NCBI GenBank assembly: GCA_965262115.1
Contig: OZ253496.1
Coordinates: forward strand, 2,304,001-2,368,000
Length of the DNA: 64,000 nt
Source: Nitrospinales bacterium
GTDB taxonomy: Bacteria > Nitrospinota > Nitrospinia > Nitrospinales > VA-1
Direction: 5' to 3'
Part shown: piece by piece, positions 19,771 through 28,658 of the stretch
How positions within the stretch are numbered: position 1 is the first letter of the stretch
Layout of the letters: each line of letters starts with the position of its first letter
Program-made: the position numbers and the translations under genes
Notes under the pieces: model-generated
Databases searched by the model: none
Seen by the model: the letters and a program-made list of their open reading frames with translations, nothing else
What the model was told of the DNA's origin: nothing

Positions 19771-20214
19771 TTAATTTAAAAACTCACCCGCCAGGTCTTT
19801 GATCACGCTGTTATAGGCTTTGCCCTTGAACTCGGGAACCAGAACTTTCATAATTTTGCCAAAATCCTTCATCCCTTCAGCCCCGGTTTCTGCGATCACT
19901 TCCTGGATTCTTTTGCGCAAATCCTCTTCAGAGACTTGTTCCGGTAAATAGTCCTGCAAAATTACCAATTCTTGATCTTCCTTTTCCATCAAATCCGTGC
20001 GTCCTCCCTGCTTAAAAAGGGCAGACGCCTCTTTTCGTTTTTTTCCTTCACGGGTAACCACAGAGAGAATCTCTTCTTCCTGCAGTTCTCTGCGAAGGTC
20101 GATTTCCTGATTTTTGATGGCGGAAATTACGCTACGGATGGTATTGAGCCTGAGCGAGTCCTTAGATTTAAGGGCCTCCTTCATATTTGCAAGGAGTTTG
20201 TCCTTTAAAGTCAT
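19771..20214 (-). CDS. GatB/YqeY domain protein
   Basis: YqeY pattern (MKEALK..., YLPEQ, MKDFGKIM), upstream of dnaG. Confidence 0.92.
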   Translation of the reverse strand: MTLKDKLLANMKEALKSKDSLRLNTIRSVISAIKNQEIDLRRELQEEEILSVVTREGKKRKEASALFKQGGRTDLMEKEDQELVILQDYLPEQVSEEDLRKRIQEVIAETGAEGMKDFGKIMKVLVPEFKGKAYNSVIKDLAGEFLN

Positions 20215-20501
20215 GAATTTATTCCATTACCACAAGGTAGAAAATATAATGACCCACATGGGGTTTGTCAATAGCTGGGGGGAAACTAAGAAAATACTGA
20301 AAAATTAATAATCCCTTTAAAATCAAGTGCTTATATCTGAGCCCGGTGTTGTTTCCTTATTATATCCATTCTTTCCAGTCATAAAATCGCCGTATTGTCT
20401 CATTTTTCCCAAGTTTTGGGGACATTTTTTTTAATTTGGCTCATTTTGCCTGCTGGATAAAAATGGGTGGGAATTTGTGTGGTTTTGAAAAATGCTGCGG
20501 A

Positions 20502-21683
20502 CTAATAAATCAGATATTCCTGCCGGAGCGGTGAAAAGGATGCCAATTCTTCCTGCCAGGAATTTTCCAATTCCTCCAGAGAAAAGCCGGGCTTGAAAAG
20601 GGTTTTCCGTAAATTCTCGTTACCATATAGGAGATCGATGGCCAGCCGGTCGCTGACGAACTCATAGGGTTCGATTCTCCACTGCAATCGGTCGGAATAA
20701 ATTTCGGCAATGGCACGTAGCAATGCCAGGGTTGTGAGCAGGGGTTTGAATTTGTTCCTGTCGGTGATGTGGAACTGGAGTCCGGCACAAATTTCTCCGG
20801 CGTGTTTCTGAAACATGGGTTTAAAATATTGCGGACGGGAAAACACACCGGGCAAGAGATGTGAGTCCGTTTCAAGTCGCGCGGCCAGTTTATCTGGATC
20901 AATGAAAGGGGCGCCGATTTGCTCGAAGGGCAGGGTGGTGCCGCGTCCTTCTGAAAGCCGGGTTCCTTCAATCAGGCACATTCCTGGATAGACGATGGCG
21001 GTTTCCAGGGTCGGCATATTGGGCGATGGTGGTGTCCAGACCATGCCTGTCTGATTATACCACATCTCCCGGCTCCAGCCGGTCATTGGCACGACTTTCA
21101 GGTCGCAATGGATATCATCATTGAACATCTGGGCGAGTTCACCCACCGTCATTCCGTGGCGGTTGGGCAGGGCATATTGCCCGACAAAGGACCGCCAGGG
21201 TTCTCCTACCAGATTGCCTTCTACCGATGTCCCGTTTATGGGATTGGGCCGGTCACAAACCACCATCCGCATCCCGGCCTGCTTGCAGATGGTCATGCAG
21301 TTGGCCATTGTATAAATGAATGTGTAGTAGCGCGCGCCGACATCCTGAATATCGAAAACTAGATTATCAATACCCTCTAATAGCGCTGGATCAGGAACCA
21401 GAGACGCTACATTTTTCCCGTATAGGCTTTTTATGTTGAGTCCTGAAAGCGGGTCCACCTCGTCAGCGATATGGACCATGTCCTGTGCCGTTCCATACAG
21501 CCCATGTTCAGGAGCGAATAAAGCTTGCAGCTTGAAACCTGTATGGGATTTAAAATGAGAGATGGAGTGCCTGCCATCGCCAGCCAGACTGGTGTGGTTG
21601 ACGATCAACCCAACCGTCTTACCTTTTAAATATTTTTCGGGCTGGGACAGTAAATGGTCAATTCCTGAAACGGTTCGTGTCAT
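20502..21683 (-). CDS. DUF1343 / NamZ-like exo-beta-N-acetylmuramidase
   Basis: APEHG, DIQDVGARYYT, DRPNP, RHGMTVGELA, PSPNMP, SEGRGT. Confidence 0.9.
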   Translation of the reverse strand: MTRTVSGIDHLLSQPEKYLKGKTVGLIVNHTSLAGDGRHSISHFKSHTGFKLQALFAPEHGLYGTAQDMVHIADEVDPLSGLNIKSLYGKNVASLVPDPALLEGIDNLVFDIQDVGARYYTFIYTMANCMTICKQAGMRMVVCDRPNPINGTSVEGNLVGEPWRSFVGQYALPNRHGMTVGELAQMFNDDIHCDLKVVPMTGWSREMWYNQTGMVWTPPSPNMPTLETAIVYPGMCLIEGTRLSEGRGTTLPFEQIGAPFIDPDKLAARLETDSHLLPGVFSRPQYFKPMFQKHAGEICAGLQFHITDRNKFKPLLTTLALLRAIAEIYSDRLQWRIEPYEFVSDRLAIDLLYGNENLRKTLFKPGFSLEELENSWQEELASFSPLRQEYLIY

Positions 21684-21786
21684 CGGGCAGGTAATATGTT
21701 TTATGAAAGGGTGCGTTGAAAAATTATGGGTTGCTTGCCGTGCGAGAGAATAAAAAGGCAACCCCCCTCAATCCCCCCCTCTAACA

Positions 21787-21954
21787 GAGAGCTTTGCATA
21801 ACCCAAGATTCTTCGTTGCAATAGCTCCTCAGAATGACAAAATATCCTTTTATTGTCATGCTGAGCTAGTGATATTTAACCATTGCTTTCTTGCCCCGGA
21901 GGGGTATGTCGAAGCATCTCGCTTTTCTGCTTTATAGACTTACGCAAAGGTCTC
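21787..21954. mobile_element. MITE copy 3 (168 bp)
   Basis: TIRs GAGAGCTTTGCATAA / TTACGCAAAGGTCTC; 9-bp direct repeat CCTCTAACA at 21778-21786 and 21955-21963; contains a mini-element at 21869-21906. Confidence 0.9.
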
Positions 21955-21978
21955 CCTCTAACAAGGGGGAAGATCACA

Positions 21979-22014
21979 TTTAGCCGAGATAGCCCTTTTA
22001 GCCGAGATAGCCCT
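21979..22014. repeat. tandem duplication, 2 x 18 bp
   Basis: TTTAGCCGAGATAGCCCT twice. Confidence 0.85.
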
Positions 22015-22074
22015 TTGCAAGCCGTCAAAGTTTATCGCTCATTGTACCCCCTTCTACCCCTTGTATGTTGTTCA

Positions 22075-22285
22075 TAAGGGGAATTTGTAGTAGTTGTACC
22101 TGTGAGCCCTGTGGGAAGCCGGTTTTGTGTTTTCCACAAGCTCCCAGGATTTGATTCAGGGCACAATAGATCGTTTACCCCTTGGGCTTTTAAGCCCGTC
22201 CCGAAGCGCAGATCGTTGTGTCCTATTTTGATTAACCCGAACAGTTGCCTGGGCCACTGAGCCCGCATCGGCAAGGCTGGGAGAC
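22075..22285 (+). ncRNA. bridge RNA of the IS110 element (ends approximate)
   Basis: 5' stem-loop 22099-22148; target loop TTTACCCCT (22174-22182) and CCCGAAG (22200-22206); donor loop ACAGTTGC (22241-22248) and CAAG (22272-22275). Confidence 0.88.
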
Positions 22286-22291
22286 CAAATT

Positions 22292-23242
22292 ATGAATCAG
22301 AAACCCCATTTTATTGGCATCGATATTTCTAAACTCCATCTGGATGTTGCTGACAGCATGACTCAAGAAACCTGGCAAACCGCTAACAATGAGGAAGGGA
22401 TTGCTGGTTTGGTCGAGAGTTTATCCGCCTTAAATCCTCCATTGATCGTTTTGGAAGCCACAGGCGGCTTAGAGATCCCGTTGGCTTCGGCCCTGGTTGC
22501 GGGTCGACTGCCAGTAGCCGTGGTCAACCCACGGCAAGTTCGTGATTTTGCCAAAGCCACCGGGAAACTGGCAAAAACCGATGTCATTGATTCTCTTGTG
22601 CTGGCCCATTTTGCCAAGGCCATACGTCCTGAGGTCAGGAAAATCAAAGACGAAGAATCTCTGGAACTCTCAGCTCTAGTGACACGCCGTCGCCAGTTGA
22701 TCGAGATGCTGACCAAAGAAAAAACCCGTCTAAAACAAGCTCCAAAATGGATATGTAAAGACATTAAGGAGCATATCGAATCTCTTAAAAAACGCTTGCG
22801 AAAAATCGATGGCGACCTTTCCAGAACCATCAAAAACAGTTCTGCCTGGCGTGAGCACGACCAGATCATACAAAGTGTTCCCGGTGCCGGTCCCGTTCTG
22901 GCTGTCAACCTCTTGGCCGGGGTTCCGGAACTTGGAGTTCTTAATCAGAAGCAAATCGCCGCCCTCATCGGTCTCGCTCCCCTCAATCGGGACAGCGGAA
23001 AGTTCCGGGGCCGCCGGTGTATCTGGGGCGGCCGCGCCAATGTGCGTGCCGCTTTATACATGGCCGCCGTCACTGCCATGCAGCATAATCCCGTGATTCG
23101 TACCTTTTACACACGCCTCATCGAAAAGGGCAAACCCTTTAAAGTTGCCATTACCGCATGCATGAGAAAGTTATTAACGATCATCAATACCATGATCAAA
23201 ACAAAAACACTCTGGAATGAAAATCTCATTGCCAGCACTTGA
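22292..23242 (+). CDS. IS110 family transposase / bridge recombinase
   Basis: DEDD RuvC-like motifs IGIDISK, LEATG, KTDVID; C-terminal GLAP...DSGK catalytic Ser; intact 316 aa. Confidence 0.96.
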   Translation: MNQKPHFIGIDISKLHLDVADSMTQETWQTANNEEGIAGLVESLSALNPPLIVLEATGGLEIPLASALVAGRLPVAVVNPRQVRDFAKATGKLAKTDVIDSLVLAHFAKAIRPEVRKIKDEESLELSALVTRRRQLIEMLTKEKTRLKQAPKWICKDIKEHIESLKKRLRKIDGDLSRTIKNSSAWREHDQIIQSVPGAGPVLAVNLLAGVPELGVLNQKQIAALIGLAPLNRDSGKFRGRRCIWGGRANVRAALYMAAVTAMQHNPVIRTFYTRLIEKGKPFKVAITACMRKLLTIINTMIKTKTLWNENLIAST

Positions 23243-23259
23243 CATTTAACACAGTTGCT

Positions 23260-23335
23260 TCGGGGCATGAAGCCAATGAAGAGGGCATAACAGGGGCATG
23301 AAATTTACTGAGTAGATAAGCTCCACGCCTAGTGG
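23260..23335 (-). repeat. right part of the IS-interrupted inverted repeat (left part 22039-22061)
   Basis: Reverse complement of 24585-24664 with small indels; includes the glgC stop codon. Confidence 0.9.
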
Positions 23336-24573
23336 GGAAATTTAAAACCTTTGGGAAGAACAATGATGTTGGATTCCTCATCGACGAAGAAACGGCCTTT
23401 ATCCTGCTCCAGATCATACCCCATAGTGGTGTTGGGGGGAACCTCAACATCCTTGTCGATGATCGCCATATTAATTTTGCAGTTTTTGCCGATTTTTACC
23501 CGGTCCATCAACAAAGAGTTGATGACCGCCGCGCCACTGTCGATGCTGACCTCACGACCGATCACCGAGTCCTGCACAATTCCTCCGCTGATAATGCTTC
23601 CTTCGGCAACGATGCTGTTGACGGCCTGGCCCCGGCGCCCGTCCTCATTAAAGACGAACTTGGCCGGTGGCGTTCCGTAGCTTGCAGTTTTGATGGGCCA
23701 GTTTTTATTATAAAGGTTGAACTCGGGTTTGATATTTCTCAAATCCATATTGGCTTCCCAGAATGCTTTGATAGTGCCGACATCCCGCCAATAGCCGATT
23801 TCTTTTCGGGTGATACCAGGAATCCGGTTTCTGCGAAAATCGTAAGCGAATACTCTGGATTTTTTGAAAACCCGGGGCAGGATGTCTTTGCCGAAATCGT
23901 GCGAGGACTCCACATCCGCCGCGTCGTCATGGAGCATTTCAATTAAAGCATCTTTGTTGAACAGATAGTTACCCATGGACGCGAAGGCTTCATGAGGTCT
24001 TCCAGGGATGGGTTTCGCGCGTTTGGGTTTTTCTTTGAACCCTGTGACTCTTTGCTTTTCCTGCACCTGAATCACTCCAAACGAAGATGCGTCTTTAAGA
24101 GGTACGGGCAGGGCGGAGATGGTGACCTCGGCCCGCTTTCGCACATGAAAGTCGATCATTTGTTGCAAGTCCATACGGTAGATATGGTCAGCGCCGAAGA
24201 CGGCGATGAGGTCGAAGTCTCCATCCTCAATCAAATTGATGTTCTGATAAATGGCGTCTGCTGTGCCGCGGTACCAACTGTCTCCCGTGCGTTTTTGTGC
24301 CGGGACAGGGAGAATGAAGTGGTCACGCAAAATGGAACTGAAGCGCCAGCTTTCCTGTAAATGTTCGGCTAGTGACTGGGACTTGAACTGGGTCAGAACG
24401 TAAATAGAATAGATTCTGGAATTGATGAAATTGCTCAAGGGGAAATCAACCAGCCGATACTTTCCACCAAAGGGGACAGCGGGTTTAGCCCGTTGTTGGG
24501 TGAGAGGATAGAGTCGGCTGCCCTCGCCGCCGGCAAGAATCATTCCGAGGACTTTTTTTATCGAACCGGCCAT
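23329..24573 (-). CDS. glgC: glucose-1-phosphate adenylyltransferase
   Basis: LAGGEGSRLYPLT..RAKPAVPFGGKYR, WYRGTADA, DFGKD, YWRDVGT. Confidence 0.97.
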   Translation of the reverse strand: MAGSIKKVLGMILAGGEGSRLYPLTQQRAKPAVPFGGKYRLVDFPLSNFINSRIYSIYVLTQFKSQSLAEHLQESWRFSSILRDHFILPVPAQKRTGDSWYRGTADAIYQNINLIEDGDFDLIAVFGADHIYRMDLQQMIDFHVRKRAEVTISALPVPLKDASSFGVIQVQEKQRVTGFKEKPKRAKPIPGRPHEAFASMGNYLFNKDALIEMLHDDAADVESSHDFGKDILPRVFKKSRVFAYDFRRNRIPGITRKEIGYWRDVGTIKAFWEANMDLRNIKPEFNLYNKNWPIKTASYGTPPAKFVFNEDGRRGQAVNSIVAEGSIISGGIVQDSVIGREVSIDSGAAVINSLLMDRVKIGKNCKINMAIIDKDVEVPPNTTMGYDLEQDKGRFFVDEESNIIVLPKGFKFPH

Positions 24574-24584
24574 AAGGGTCTCTT

Positions 24585-24687
24585 CCACTCGGTGTGGAGC
24601 TGTGATATCTACTCAGTAAATTTCATGCCCCTGTTATGCCCTCTTCATTGGCTTTCATGCCCCGAAGGGGTAGAAGGGGTACAATGA
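24585..24687 (+). repeat. intact ~103-bp repeat with a self-nested mini-element and an empty IS110 target
   Basis: Outer unit 24602-24681 interrupted by inner unit 24633-24672; CCCGAAGGGGTAGA at 24661-24674 is the reverse complement of the 14-nt target. Confidence 0.9.
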
Positions 24688-24810
24688 ACAATCACTCTTG
24701 CTGGTGGGCAACGATGCTCTTGGTCCAACAAGCCATTGCCCCATTTTCCCGGGCGTGGCCTGGGCTGGTTTCGATGATATTGCTAAAATTCTGGACTGTC
24801 AACCGGGCAC

Positions 24811-24846
24811 AAAAAAACCGGCCCCCCTGTAAAAAGGAGCCGGTTT
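24811..24846 (-). terminator. groEL intrinsic terminator
   Basis: AAACCGGC...GCCGGTTT stem followed by a T tract on the minus strand. Confidence 0.75.
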
Positions 24847-24874
24847 AATTTTTGCGTACAATCGAAAGGGGGAA

Positions 24875-26548
<1,674 letters not shown>

Positions 26549-26604
26549 TTAAGAGATGTGAATAATTTTGTCGTTATTTGTCGATAAATGATTGAGATGG
26601 AAAC

Positions 26605-26892
26605 TTAACCTACGATCGCAAGAACATCGTCCTCACGCATCAACAGGAAATCTTCTCCGTCAAATTTTATTTCTGTGCCGCCGTATTTGCTGTAAAGGAC
26701 TTTGTCCCCGACTTTCACCTGCAATTTGACTGGCTTGCCATCATCACCTACTTTACCTTTACCTACAGCTTTGACGCGGCCTTCGATTGGCTTCTCCTTG
26801 GCCGAATCGGGAATGATGATCCCGCTTTTTCGGACTTCTTTTTCCAGAATAGGTTGAACCAGAATACGGTCGTGCAATGGTTGGATTTTCAT
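26605..26892 (-). CDS. groS: co-chaperonin GroES
   Basis: PLHDRILV, GIIIPDSAKEKP. Confidence 0.98.
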   Translation of the reverse strand: MKIQPLHDRILVQPILEKEVRKSGIIIPDSAKEKPIEGRVKAVGKGKVGDDGKPVKLQVKVGDKVLYSKYGGTEIKFDGEDFLLMREDDVLAIVG

Positions 26893-27039
26893 ATAGACTC
26901 CTTGAAAAAATGTTAAACTCTGATTAAATGTTGAAAAAAAGCCAGTGTTTCCTGAATCTGCCCGAAAAAATTATTAACATATTGAAATTAAGTGCCTTAT
27001 GCCCCAGAGCGGGAGAAGTTCGGCTCGGAATTTGAATTG

Positions 27040-27066
27040 TCAGCACTCTCTAGGTATTAGTGCTGA
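27040..27066 (-). promoter_or_regulatory. CIRCE-like (HrcA) operator
   Basis: TCAGCACTA-N9-GAGTGCTGA on the minus strand, directly after a TATAGT -10 box upstream of groES. Confidence 0.85.
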
Positions 27067-27135
27067 CACTATATAAAATCCTTATATTAAAAAGCAAGGT
27101 ATTCCCTAAGAAAAAGTGAAAAAACTGCCAATATT

Positions 27136-27540
27136 ATGAAAAATACCAATAAAAAAGAGGTTTTACAGATTGAAACGTTCCCGAATCCGTTTCCGGGAAG
27201 GGATTATGTCATTGAAATGGAATGTCCGGAGTTCACCTGTTTGTGTCCCAAAACCGGGCAGCCGGACTTTGCCACCCTGCATATCAGTTATGTTGCGGAT
27301 AAATTGTGTCTGGAGTTAAAATCGTTGAAGATCTATCTGGTGTCGTATCGCAATGAAGGCGGGTTTCACGAAAAGGTGACCAATATCATTTTGGATGATC
27401 TGGTGTCGGCGTGTCGGCCGCGAAAAATGAAAATTATCGCCGATTTTAATGTGCGCGGGGGAATCCACACCAGCGTTACGGTGGAACACCTGGCTAAAAA
27501 ATCAGCTGCTCGCCGTAGGGGCAGTGGTATTCTTCCTTAA
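27136..27540 (+). CDS. queF: NADPH-dependent preQ0 reductase QueF (short type)
   Basis: [28 protein letters not shown]. Confidence 0.96.
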   Translation: MKNTNKKEVLQIETFPNPFPGRDYVIEMECPEFTCLCPKTGQPDFATLHISYVADKLCLELKSLKIYLVSYRNEGGFHEKVTNIILDDLVSACRPRKMKIIADFNVRGGIHTSVTVEHLAKKSAARRRGSGILP

Positions 27541-27806
27541 AGATCGTGCCCCGAATGAGGAGTCATAACATGTTGCCGACTGGCAATAGCCCGTTAAGTG
27601 ACCTAACATTCTTGCGCGCAAGTCCTCATCGTTCCTCGATTACTGAATAGCAACTATTTATATTTTCAGAGAGGGATAACACCCTGTGTAGTAAAATACC
27701 CTAAAATGGACCCAGAATCTGATTTTCAGGAAAGCAATTGTAAAATGGTGTTTTATTTTTTGTTCTAGAGAGGCTGTTTTAAGGAGCTCGAACAATCTCT
27801 GCTATA

Positions 27807-28286
27807 ATGTCGCATTTGGATGGAATTATGGGACAACGATTTGTTGAAAATGGCAACAGGACGATAAAAGACGTTCGCACGGGCCTGGTTTGGCAGGAGG
27901 GCTATGCTTATATTGAAACGGGAAATAATATTAGCTGGTATGATGCCCAGGACTATATCAGTAAGCTAAATCGGGAAAAACTGGGGGGCTATGAAGATTG
28001 GCGCCTGCCGGATCGGCTTGAAATTCAAAGCCTTTATGAAATCGCCAAACCCTTCCAGTCACGTGGAAAAACATTCATTCTTCATATTGATCCGATTTTT
28101 GAATTCAGTTACGGCAGTTGTTTTTGGACCAGCAAGACCCGGCTTTCTGCGGCGCTTGGCTTCGAATTTGATATGGGAGACATTCACTGGTATCCCAAAG
28201 GGAGCCATAAGGGAACTGTTCGGGCTGTACGAAATGATTGGCAACCCCGATTAATGATTGACCCGGGCTGGGCTGAAAAATTCTAA
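27807..28286 (+). CDS. DUF1566 (Lcl C-terminal) domain protein
   Basis: D..TGLVWQ, GGYEDWRLP, FWTS, VRAVR. Confidence 0.85.
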   Translation: MSHLDGIMGQRFVENGNRTIKDVRTGLVWQEGYAYIETGNNISWYDAQDYISKLNREKLGGYEDWRLPDRLEIQSLYEIAKPFQSRGKTFILHIDPIFEFSYGSCFWTSKTRLSAALGFEFDMGDIHWYPKGSHKGTVRAVRNDWQPRLMIDPGWAEKF

Positions 28287-28303
28287 GGCTGTTAATAAAG
28301 CAT

Positions 28304-28585
28304 ATGGACGAGCAACAATTCAAAGTCGAAAAATCCAAGGCGCGAAAACTCCGCCAGTCACAGTGGTGGAAAGAAAAAATCCAGGCTGGCGTTTGCCATT
28401 ATTGCGGAGGCCGGTTCACGGCGGAAGAGTTAACGATGGATCATATTGTCCCCATTTCGCGCGGTGGAAAAAGTAAGCGTGGGAATCTGGTGCCCTCATG
28501 TAAAAAATGCAATGGGAATAAAAAGTACTACACCCCGGCAGAGATCATCCTTCGTGAAAAGCTAGGTCAGGACATTCAATTTTAA
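28304..28585 (+). CDS. small HNH endonuclease
   Basis: CHYC...DHIVPISRGG....NLVPSCKKCN. Confidence 0.92.
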   Translation: MDEQQFKVEKSKARKLRQSQWWKEKIQAGVCHYCGGRFTAEELTMDHIVPISRGGKSKRGNLVPSCKKCNGNKKYYTPAEIILREKLGQDIQF

Positions 28586-28658
28586 AGAATGGGTGGTGGA
28601 TACCTGAAACACCGCCTCAAAAACTTCTTCCCATAAATTTCAAGGTTTAAATTAATTC

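Larger units (their letters stand above)
22060..23259 (+). mobile_element. IS110-family (IS621-like) insertion sequence
   Basis: CT core at 22060-22061 and 23258-23259; removal restores TCTACCCCTTCGGGGCATGAA, which exists uninterrupted on the minus strand at about 24655-24674; long left non-coding end, no TIRs. Confidence 0.93.
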
